A stretch of 64,000 nt of DNA from Dehalococcoidia bacterium (GTDB lineage Bacteria > Chloroflexota > Dehalococcoidia > Bin125). Under the pieces are notes generated by a model. It did not search any database, was not told the DNA's origin, and worked only from the letters and a program-made list of their open reading frames with translations. Positions 19,773 to 29,836 of this stretch are shown here, piece after piece. Position 1 is the first letter of the stretch, and the number at the start of each line of letters is the position of its first letter. Both the position numbers and the translations under genes were made by a program. The stretch is taken from NCBI GenBank assembly GCA_963663895.2, contig CAXXRD010000002.1:32001-96000 (forward strand), written 5' to 3'.

Positions 19773-20756
19773 CTATCTCTTACGAGGTTCGATCCAGTGG
19801 AATAGGTACTGGCCAGCGTAGCCAGTGAAGTCCCCGAAATGCTCCCGAGCCCATTCGGCCACCTTGTACTGTTGGGACTCAGTGAGGTCCCCAGTACCAG
19901 TCACCTTCTCTGCCAAGTTCGTCATGTATTTCGACATCGCCGACAGATCGCACTCGGCCAAGGCCTGCCGCACCCACCGGTCCACCGGAAACGCGTCCAG
20001 CCTATCCAGTGACATCAGCGCCACGCAGCTGGCTATCTTGGGACCGACGCCCGGGCACTTGTCCAACTGTCTCACTGCGTTGGGTCCGGGTACCCTTGGC
20101 TCCGCCAGACGATCAAGCATGTGTGGATCAGCAGCAATCCGCTCGGCCATGAGGAATATCCAGCGATCCCTCTCCAGGCCCAGCTTCAGATCTTTCAGCG
20201 CGAGCTGTCCTGCTTCGACTACTTCCCGTGCCGTAGGAAAGACATAGCGTTCGTCACCGTCCAGCCTGACCGTACGGCTGCCGAGCCGCTCTACCTTCTC
20301 GACCCTGGATTTGATGCCCCTGATACTATTCTGGGCGGAGCACAGGTAGGACACCAGACACTCCCACCGTTCCTGCCGCAATAGCCGCACCCCCCGATAT
20401 TGCTTGATGGCTCGGGCGACTGCCGGATCTCGCCCCACTTCCGTATAGATTGCCTCAATGTCATCTTCCAAGCGGAAATAGGCATGAATCACCGGGGTTA
20501 GGTCGATATCAGCACGTTCCCCATCCTCGTCTCCGACCCGATATTCAACGCCGTCATCAGTCTGTCGGATGTGGATCAAATGCTCCTCCAGTACGCCCGA
20601 GTACCATCCGCCACACTTTCGCCAGAAGTCCGGCGGGTCTCCCCAGGCACGATCGTGGACTCCCTCGTCGCCGACTCGTTGCCACCGAAACGCCTGCCCC
20701 ATCTCCAGGCTCAGAGCCAAGTCAAAGGGCTGATCGATCACCAGCTTGCGCGTCAC
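19773..20756 (-). CDS. 8-oxoguanine DNA glycosylase (OGG1-like, HhH-GPD)
   Basis: LEMGQAFRW, GVRLLRQE.WECLVSYLCS, PGVGPKIASCV, AFPVD, YAGQYLF. Confidence 0.9.
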   Translation of the reverse strand: MTRKLVIDQPFDLALSLEMGQAFRWQRVGDEGVHDRAWGDPPDFWRKCGGWYSGVLEEHLIHIRQTDDGVEYRVGDEDGERADIDLTPVIHAYFRLEDDIEAIYTEVGRDPAVARAIKQYRGVRLLRQERWECLVSYLCSAQNSIRGIKSRVEKVERLGSRTVRLDGDERYVFPTAREVVEAGQLALKDLKLGLERDRWIFLMAERIAADPHMLDRLAEPRVPGPNAVRQLDKCPGVGPKIASCVALMSLDRLDAFPVDRWVRQALAECDLSAMSKYMTNLAEKVTGTGDLTESQQYKVAEWAREHFGDFTGYAGQYLFHWIEPRKR

Positions 20757-21030
20757 AGCACACCAGATTTCCTTTTTGATAGATCCACCAGGATTCGAAC
20801 GGGGAATCGGCTATGAGCCGGTGCTCTGGGTCGCTGATTACGAGCCCACACCAAAAGACGACGCAAGAATATACGTGCACGGTGACGTTCGATGCCGCTC
20901 GAAAGAAGCACCGGCGCGTTCTGGATCTCACGGACAATTCAGCCATTCTCCTCGTCCGGATAGCGTAGCCGAATCCGGGTAGCAGGGCTCAATCGCGGCT
21001 CACACCCCCGCTTCCCGCTACCATCGGTCC

Positions 21031-22845
21031 ATGCCGACCGACGCCGACCGTTCGCGCACCGATCCGGCGCCGACCCGGCCGGGCGCGATCACGCGGGACC
21101 CCGTCGGCTTCGAAGTCCTGCGCAACGCCTTCGTCGCCGTCTGCAACGAGATGGCCCTGGTCGTCGCCAAAACCGCCTATTCCACCCCCGTCAACGAGGG
21201 CCGCGACTTCGCCGGCGCCCTCTACGACCGCCACGGCAAGCTCGTCTCCCAGGGCCAGCACGACGCGCCCTGCTTCGTGGGTCTCACCATGCTCACCGTC
21301 CCCGAGGTCATCCGCGCCATCGGCCTCGACAGCATGCGCCCCGGCGACTGCTACCTCATCAACGACCCCTACGTGGCCTCCACCCACTGCAACGACATCC
21401 ACCAGGTCAAGCCCGTCTTCCACGGCGACCGGCTCGTCGCCTTCGTCACCTCCACCGCCCACTGGTCCGACGTGGGCGGCGTCGCCCCCGGCTCCCTCAA
21501 CGCCCGCGCCCGCTCCCATTTCGAGGAGGGCATGCGCATCCCCGCCATTCGTCTCTACGACCGCGGCGCCCTCAACCACGACATCGTCAACATCCTCCTC
21601 CACAACATGCGCCAATCCTGGGAGCGCCTCGGCGACCTCCACGCCCAGACCGCGGCCCTCAACGCCGGCGAGGCCCGTCTCCTGGCTCTCATCGCCCAGC
21701 GCGGCCTCGACCCCGTCCTGCAAGCGATGGCCGACGTCCAGGACTACTCCGAGACCCTCTGCCGCGCCTCCCTCGCCCGCCTCCCCGACGGCCGCTACCA
21801 GGCCGAGGACCACGTCGACCAGGACGTCCACACCGGCCGGCCCAAGCGCATCGCCCTCACCCTCACCATCAAGGGCGACGGCGCCACCTTCGATCTCAGG
21901 GAATCCGACGGCCCCGCCCAATCCGGCATCAACGGCACCATCGCCGCCACCGTCTCCGCCGTCTACATCGCCCTGGCCAGCATCCTGCCCCCCATGCCCA
22001 TGAACGCCGGCGTCGCCCGCGCGGTCGCGATCCAAGCCAAGCCCGGCTCCATCGTCTGGGCCCAGCCGCCCGCCGCCATCTCCGGCCTCGCCGCCACCAC
22101 CATGGAATGCGTGATCGGCGCCGTCACCCAGGCGCTCTCGCAAGCCGACCCCGAGCGCGGCGCCGGCACCCCTTTCTCCACCCTCAACACCGTCTTCGCC
22201 GGCTCGGACCGGCGCCCCGGCTTCCAAACCGATTTCATCGACTACGTCTGGTCCTTCGGGGGGCTCGGCGCTACCAAGCACCGCGACGGCGCCTCCAACT
22301 GCGCCCCCGCCTACGGCGCCAGTTGCACCAACATCCCCGCCGAGCTGCAAGAGCGACGCTACCCCGTCATCTGGCGCCGACACATGTGCCGGCCGGACTC
22401 CGGCGGCCCCGGCGCCTCCCGCGGCGGCCTCGCCCTCGACCAGCTTCTCGAATTCCCCTACGGCCCCGGCACCATCACCGCCGTCGGCGACCGCGAGCAG
22501 ATCGGCCCGCCCGGCGTCTTCGGCGGCCGGCCCGGCGGCAACGCCGGCCTCGTGCTCAACCCGGAAACCGAGAGCGGCCGCAGCCTGGGCGTCTTCTGCC
22601 TCAACGAGCCCGTCGCCCCCGGCGAAACCCTCGCCCTCTGGTCGGGCGGGGGCGGAGGCTACGGCGACCCCTTGCAGCGCGATCCGCAATGCGTTCTCGA
22701 GGACGTCCTCGACGGCTACGTCACCATCCAAGCCGCCCGCGACACCTACGGCGTCGCCGTCATCCCCGGCGACCCCCGCACGCTCTCGCACCGGCTGGAC
22801 CGCGACGCTACCGCCACCCTCCGCGCCCGGCGGCGGCCCGCTTAG
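21031..22845 (+). CDS. Hydantoinase B/oxoprolinase family protein, divergent copy 6
   Basis: DPVGFEVLRNA, TAYS, RDF, NDPY, HCND, AHWSDVGG..PGS, DSGGPG, GGGGYGDP. Confidence 0.92.
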   Translation: MPTDADRSRTDPAPTRPGAITRDPVGFEVLRNAFVAVCNEMALVVAKTAYSTPVNEGRDFAGALYDRHGKLVSQGQHDAPCFVGLTMLTVPEVIRAIGLDSMRPGDCYLINDPYVASTHCNDIHQVKPVFHGDRLVAFVTSTAHWSDVGGVAPGSLNARARSHFEEGMRIPAIRLYDRGALNHDIVNILLHNMRQSWERLGDLHAQTAALNAGEARLLALIAQRGLDPVLQAMADVQDYSETLCRASLARLPDGRYQAEDHVDQDVHTGRPKRIALTLTIKGDGATFDLRESDGPAQSGINGTIAATVSAVYIALASILPPMPMNAGVARAVAIQAKPGSIVWAQPPAAISGLAATTMECVIGAVTQALSQADPERGAGTPFSTLNTVFAGSDRRPGFQTDFIDYVWSFGGLGATKHRDGASNCAPAYGASCTNIPAELQERRYPVIWRRHMCRPDSGGPGASRGGLALDQLLEFPYGPGTITAVGDREQIGPPGVFGGRPGGNAGLVLNPETESGRSLGVFCLNEPVAPGETLALWSGGGGGYGDPLQRDPQCVLEDVLDGYVTIQAARDTYGVAVIPGDPRTLSHRLDRDATATLRARRRPA

Positions 22846-23736
22846 GCTCCCTCCACCACACCGCCCGCGATCGCCCGATCTCCCGCATCGTTCAGCGCCT
22901 CGAAACGCAAGTGCACGGCCCCGGCCGGCCCCTCCCGGCGCTCCAGACAGCGCACCAGCAGCGGCCGACCCGGCACCACCAGCGCCCGATACTGCCCCGC
23001 CACCCGGCGCACCCGCTCCCCGTCCCCACCTAACTCGCGGCCCACCAGCACCCCCACCGCCATGCACAGCGACGCCGTCCCATGCAGCACGATCCCCGGC
23101 AGCCCCGCCGCAATCGCCACGCCCCGCTCCGTGTGGATCGGATTCCAGATCCGGGCGCACTCCGTATAAACGTGCGGCGCCGTCGGCGGCACTGCCAGAT
23201 CCGCCTCCCATAGCGCCGCGCCCTCTCCCGCCTCGGCCCGCGCCGCCCAATCCGCCCTCCAGCCGTCCACGTTCCGCTCGGGACCCTTCACCGCCGCCCC
23301 TCGTATGATCGCACTATGTCCGAGCTCGGCCACCACCCCCCCCCTGCGGTCGCGCATCGTGTAGCGCTGCAGCCACTGCACGCCCGGCTTGATCGCTTGC
23401 ACCGCCGTCGTCACCCCTTGGCAGGTGAGCACCTCCCCCACCCGGAACGCACGACGCATTCGCAGATCCGATCCCGCGTGCAGCAAGTGCCGCCACATCG
23501 GCCCGTTGACGTCGTAGGGCCGCCCCGGCGTGTAGTGGCTCTGCCACTGCATCGCGAACGCCAGTCCCCAATGCGCCGCCAGTCCCCCGGCCGCCGTCTC
23601 GTCGAAGTAGCGCGTCCCCTCCTCGCCCACTCCCCGCCGCGAAGGCCGTGCAGCGACGCGGCGTCAACTCGAAGCTCCGCGCGATCCCGTACTCCCCCAC
23701 CAACGACGATGGAAATCGCACACACCCTTCGCTCAC
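22842..23736 (-). pseudogene. Double hot-dog MaoC/PaaZ-type dehydratase, frameshifted near 23632-23635
   Basis: WNPIH..R..A...GLPG.VLHG motif; N-terminal RFPSSLVG...TAFAAG lies in another frame and joins VGEEGTRYFDE across a G4 run. Confidence 0.75.
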
Positions 23737-24416
23737 AGCTCCTCTCCTCCCTTACGACGCGAGATCTGGAAGCCCAGCAGCCCAACCCCCAACACCGCCA
23801 GCGCGATGATCACCAGCGCCACGATCGCATTCGCTCCGCTATTCTCCGTTGCCTCTCGCGATCGCGGGGCCGCGGACCGCGGCCTCGACTGATCGGCCCG
23901 CACGCTCTCCGCGCTCCCAGGCAGTACGTTCACCCCCACCAACTCGCTCCGCGATGGCAGATCCGGCAGGGCCGTCGGCAGGGGCACCAAGATAATGTAC
24001 TCCCCCGCCAGCAACCCATCCTCCGTGAACCGCAGCACCCCGCCTCGCTGCACGATCGTCTGATATTCGAGCTTCGGATTCAGCGCGATCAACGCCTCCG
24101 GCGTGGTGCTGAACCGCGCCGCGATCGTCGCCAGCGTGTCCTCCAATCGGATCACATACAGCTGCCCGGCCTCCGGCACGCAGGGTTCCTCCACCGTGCA
24201 GCGCGCCAGCTGCGGAGCTTGCGGAGCAACCTGCGCCCGCGCGCCATCCCCCGCAGCAACCGCCGTCGCGATCACGGAGAGAAGCACGACGCCCGCCACC
24301 CGCACGCGCAAGCGCCGCCCGGCACTCGCCGTCCCCCGCAGCGCGACCGTGCACAGCCGCCGCACGCCCGCCCTCTCCACAGACGACGCGTCCCCTGAGA
24401 AGCCCCCGCCCATCAC
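23733..24416 (-). CDS. LysM-domain membrane protein
   Basis: YVIRLEDTLATIAARFSTTPEALIALNP LysM motif; N- and C-terminal hydrophobic segments; start uncertain. Confidence 0.8.
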   Translation of the reverse strand: MMGGGFSGDASSVERAGVRRLCTVALRGTASAGRRLRVRVAGVVLLSVIATAVAAGDGARAQVAPQAPQLARCTVEEPCVPEAGQLYVIRLEDTLATIAARFSTTPEALIALNPKLEYQTIVQRGGVLRFTEDGLLAGEYIILVPLPTALPDLPSRSELVGVNVLPGSAESVRADQSRPRSAAPRSREATENSGANAIVALVIIALAVLGVGLLGFQISRRKGGEEL

Positions 24417-24585
24417 CCACGCATCGCATTCTCCATGCTAGCGCCAGTCCGGTAGCGACTGCCCACGCTTGCAACGACACATCCACCACCGAGACCTTGC
24501 CGCTCTCATCCCAGGCCGGTATCGTCCTCCCGGCCAATCCAAGCCCGCCCGCGCAGCACCGCGTAGTGAAGAAGAAGCCGCCCGC

Positions 24586-25842
<1,257 letters not shown>

Positions 25843-25924
25843 TCCTAATGCCGCGACCGCCTCAACCTTCTGCCCCCCTACGGCAGTGCGACCGTAGTGA
25901 ACACCAAACCGTAGGGAGCGAACG

Positions 25925-26812
25925 ATGAGCGTTCTGCTAGACCAGCAAAGCCGCATTCTCATCCAGGGCCTCGGCAATGAGGGCCGTAACCACTGCCAGC
26001 GCTCGCTCGCCTACGGCACCAACTTCGTCGCCGGCGTCCACCCCTCCTTCAAAGGCGGCGACACCTTCGAGAGCATCCCCGTCTTCGACACCGCGGCCGA
26101 AGCCGTGGCCCGCACCCGTCCCAACGTCAGCATCATCTTCGTCCCCGCACCAGGCGCCGCCGACGCCATCGTCGAGAACATCGCCGCCGAAGTCCCGCTC
26201 ATCATCTGCATCACCGAGGGCGTCCCCGTCCACGACATGATCACCGTCAAGGCCGCCCTCGCCCGCGGCCAAAGCCGGCTGATCGGCCCCAACTGCCCCG
26301 GCGTCATCACCCCCAGCGCCCACTGCCGCGTCGGCATCATGCCCGCCCACGTCTTCACGCCGGGACGCGTCGGGGTCATCTCCCGCTCGGGTACCCTCGT
26401 CTACGAATCCGTCGACCAACTCAGCAAGCTCGGCATCGGCCAGTCCAGCTGCGTCGGCGTCGGCGGCGACCCCATCATCGGCACCACGCAGGTCGACGTC
26501 CTCGACCTCTTCAACAAGGATCAGGAAACGGACGCCGTCGTCCTCATCGGCGAGATCGGCGGTACCGCCGAGCAAGCCGCCGCCGCTTACATCCGCCGGC
26601 ACATGACCAAGCCCGTCGTCGCCTTCATCGCCGGCGCCACCGCTCCCCCGGGCCGCCGCATGGGCCACGCCGGCGCCATCATCGAAGGCAAGTCCGGCAC
26701 CGCCGACGCCAAGATCGACGCGCTCCAACAGGCCGGCGCCACCATCAGCCGCAGCCCCGCCACCATCGGCGAAACCATGGACCGCGTCCTCCACGAAAAC
26801 GGCCTCCGCTGA
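25925..26812 (+). CDS. sucD: Succinyl-CoA ligase alpha subunit
   Basis: CITEG, IGPNCPG, SRSGTL.YE, GGDP, IGEIGG, RMGHAGA (phospho-His). Confidence 0.97.
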   Translation: MSVLLDQQSRILIQGLGNEGRNHCQRSLAYGTNFVAGVHPSFKGGDTFESIPVFDTAAEAVARTRPNVSIIFVPAPGAADAIVENIAAEVPLIICITEGVPVHDMITVKAALARGQSRLIGPNCPGVITPSAHCRVGIMPAHVFTPGRVGVISRSGTLVYESVDQLSKLGIGQSSCVGVGGDPIIGTTQVDVLDLFNKDQETDAVVLIGEIGGTAEQAAAAYIRRHMTKPVVAFIAGATAPPGRRMGHAGAIIEGKSGTADAKIDALQQAGATISRSPATIGETMDRVLHENGLR

Positions 26813-26845
26813 CGGACCCGCGCAGCCATCCCCGACGGCAACCCT

Positions 26846-27610
26846 CTAGCCCGGATCGGCCTCCGCCAGGAACTCCCGCATCAGCTCCAGCGCCTGCGGC
26901 CCGAACTCCTCGTCCGACGTCAGAGCATTCCCGTGCAGGTTCGTCGGCAACTCCACCAGCTTCGACGGCCCGGCCGCGTCGCGGTGGAAGAGCCGGGCGA
27001 AGGTCGGCGCCGAGCGATCATCCACGCCTACGATGATCAGCCGCGGGATCGTCACCGCCGCGTAGTCCGCCAGCGCATCCAGCCCTCGAAACACCGTCGG
27101 CGCCGAGAGCAAGATCATTCCATCCAGCCGATCGTCCATCGCCGCTTCCATCGCCGCCGTCACCACCAAGCTCGTGCCCCCCATGCTCGCCCCCGCTCCG
27201 TAGATCCGCTCCGCCCCGGCCGCCTCGGCGTAATCCAGGGCCGCCCGCCACTCGCGGTGCAGCTCCGCCGCCCGCAGCTCCTCCGGGATATACGCGAACT
27301 GCGGCGTCTCCCCGTGGCCCCGGAAGTCCCAGGTCAGCACGGAGTAGCCCCGGGCATGAAAATCCTCCGCGATCGGATCCCAAGCCCGCAGGTCCGCCGT
27401 AAACATGTGCCCCAGCAGCAGCCACGTCTCCCCGCTCCACCACACCTCCGCGCGCATCGGCAGCCCGTCGCTGCTCATCAGCTCGATCATCTCCACCGTG
27501 CCCGCCTCCGGGCCATCCTCCCCCCCGCAGGCCGTCCCCGCCCCAGCCGCAGCCAGCACCCCGATCAGGGCCCAGGCGCCTGCACCTACGACAACGGATC
27601 GCATCCCCAT
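26846..27610 (-). CDS. Alpha/beta hydrolase, probably exported or lipoprotein
   Basis: DFRGHG, GASMGG nucleophile elbow, C-terminal LHG; signal-like N-terminus ending TACGG. Confidence 0.8.
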   Translation of the reverse strand: MGMRSVVVGAGAWALIGVLAAAGAGTACGGEDGPEAGTVEMIELMSSDGLPMRAEVWWSGETWLLLGHMFTADLRAWDPIAEDFHARGYSVLTWDFRGHGETPQFAYIPEELRAAELHREWRAALDYAEAAGAERIYGAGASMGGTSLVVTAAMEAAMDDRLDGMILLSAPTVFRGLDALADYAAVTIPRLIIVGVDDRSAPTFARLFHRDAAGPSKLVELPTNLHGNALTSDEEFGPQALELMREFLAEADPG

Positions 27611-27747
27611 TGGACGCCTCCCTCCGGCATGATATCCGGAGACTCCTCTGCACAACGCTCTGCCGCCGCGCCCGTCCGCCCCTTCCGCCATGCTCCCGCG
27701 ATACAGTGAGCCGACATCAACGCGCCAACCCCAAGTAAGCTTCCAGT

Positions 27748-27838
27748 GGAGGGTTCGCATAGTTGGCCTAGTGCGCCCGCCTGCTAAGCGGGTTTCGGGG
27801 AAACCCGATCGTGGGTTCGAATCCCACACCCTCCGCCA
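27748..27838 (+). tRNA. tRNA-Ser (anticodon GCT)
   Basis: GGAGGG/CCCTCC acceptor stem, anticodon arm CCCGC-CTGCTAA-GCGGG, long variable arm, GTTCGAATCC T-loop, encoded CCA. Confidence 0.96.
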
Positions 27839-28329
27839 TACAAACGCCATAATATTCTTATTTCGTAGACATTAACTCTACTACCACGAACTAAGTTATC
27901 ACTTTATCTATCAGATATAAGTGGCGTTGCTGGGGAGCGGGACCCTCGGGGAAGAAACGGCGCTACCGAGCCGGAGCTGAATCGTGAAGGCTGCCGCGTG
28001 TCCGCATCTCTCATCCCAACACCTACGAGCATTCCATAAGCGCGCGCCTTGGCCACTACATCGCTGATCCAGCAGCGGATGACGGGCTCCGACTCTCGGA
28101 TATCTTCGGACCGCTTGAGAGCCGGGACGAGGGTGGCGAATCGGTGGAATCGGAGGATACCTAAAGGATCACGACGGCCTCGAAAGCTCGCAGTACAGTA
28201 CGTGTAGTTCCACCACATTCAGACGAACCTAGGCACCTTCGTAGCGGTGCTGGACGAGCGCCACGCCGAGTACACGGTGACGCCTGCCGAGGGTGAGTTA
28301 GTCAGCGTTTAGGGAGACGAGAAGCGGTC

Positions 28330-29391
28330 ATGACCGGGCGAAAGTACCTAGAGGACATCCGGATCCAGCTGGAGTCGGGGCGCTACCAACACAGGATGGG
28401 CGAGAACGTACTTCGCGCCTTTGGGTACGTTAGGCGGAGGGCCACAGCCATCGAGGAGATCAACGAAACGCTGAGGGACCTCGGGCTGGTAGCTGATCCT
28501 CCCGTCGACGCAGAGATGCCACTCAGAGTTCCTCGCATCCGTTTCTCGCTTAGGCCCGAGACCGAGCCCATCGATCATCAGTCTGAGACGCTGGTCTCCG
28601 ACGACTTCGACGTTCCATCGCAAGACACAGAGGACAAGGACAGTAATCTTCCTGAGCCCGCCTTCAGCATTTCCGAACTGGCATCCGCAAACAGAGCTGT
28701 CGAGAGCGTGACCCCCGATGCGTCGATCCAAGAAGCCTATACCAGGATGACTCTGCACAAATATTCTCAACTGGTGGTTGCAAGCTCTGCGAGACCCAGG
28801 CAACAGGACATCAAGGGAATCGTGTCGTTCCAATCGATTGCGAAAGCACTGATGAACGGCAAGCCTGCGATTGTGCGTGATTGTCTCGACGAAGACGTGC
28901 CCTTCGCGGCGAGCGATGCTGATCTGAAATCAGTTGTCCGTCAGTTGAGCGGGAACGATGTCGTCTTAGTGATTGGGAAAGACAAAAGGCTGCAAGGAAT
29001 CGTTACAGCTTGGGACTTGGCTGAAGAGTTCGCCGACCTCGTTAATCCCTTCAAGCGGATAGGCGAAATCGAAGAGCGCCTTCGGACTCTAGTTGCCACG
29101 CGGCTAGGAAAATCCAAAGTAGCTCAGTTTCTAAGCGATCACAGGCTGTCGAGCGATGACTCAGAGACCGAGATCGAAGAATTGACAATGGGAGAGTTGC
29201 AGAGAGTGCTGGAGGTCCCAGCGCATTGGGAGGCACTCGAACTGGTTTTCGACCGGGGTGCCTTCATCCAAGCCTTGAGCGAAGCTCGGGGGTATCGCAA
29301 CCGTCTAATGCACTTCGGGGACCCACTCACCGAGGTCGAGAGGAAGCGCCTCACCAACTTTTGCGACATGGTGCGCGAAATCCAGTTGTAG
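28330..29391 (+). CDS. CBS-pair protein with C-terminal HEPN-like domain
   Basis: SVTPDASIQEA..RM...YSQLVV, GIVS, LQGIVTAWDL (CBS); ELTMGE...ARGYRNRLMHF (Rx4H). Confidence 0.8.
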   Translation: MTGRKYLEDIRIQLESGRYQHRMGENVLRAFGYVRRRATAIEEINETLRDLGLVADPPVDAEMPLRVPRIRFSLRPETEPIDHQSETLVSDDFDVPSQDTEDKDSNLPEPAFSISELASANRAVESVTPDASIQEAYTRMTLHKYSQLVVASSARPRQQDIKGIVSFQSIAKALMNGKPAIVRDCLDEDVPFAASDADLKSVVRQLSGNDVVLVIGKDKRLQGIVTAWDLAEEFADLVNPFKRIGEIEERLRTLVATRLGKSKVAQFLSDHRLSSDDSETEIEELTMGELQRVLEVPAHWEALELVFDRGAFIQALSEARGYRNRLMHFGDPLTEVERKRLTNFCDMVREIQL

Positions 29392-29836
29392 CGGCCTCAC
29401 TGCTATGAGAACAGGCCGTACCGTATGACCTAGATTGCGACATCGCAGCGAGAAGTCCGCAGTACAGAGCACTTAGACCCCCATACTGGGCAAGTTCAAG
29501 AACCGCCGAGTTGAGGTCCGTTCCGGTGAGCGAGTCTGGCGTTCGCCCGGCCCTCGCCTCCCTGCGCGGGCTCCCCTTATCGTGATCGTCGATCACGCCC
29601 CGGAAACACCCCGACTCGTGGACGCTCTCCCGGCCGCCTCTGGGATGCTCACGCAAGACGCCGTCCACAGCGCTGGCTGCCGTGACGAGGGTGACACGTC
29701 CTTCGTGACAATCGAGGACGTGCAGTGCCTGCATGGCCGCGGGTCTTTGCCCGCTGGCACCAAGCGCTGCGCCCTTGATGCCTGAACTCAGTGAGAAGTA
29801 CGGGTACCCTTGGGCCGGGCAAGGGGCAACGATCGC

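Noticed and set aside
26846-27850. 334-aa ORF extending through the tRNA
   Set aside because: The 5' extension is antisense to tRNA-Ser; the real start is probably 27610
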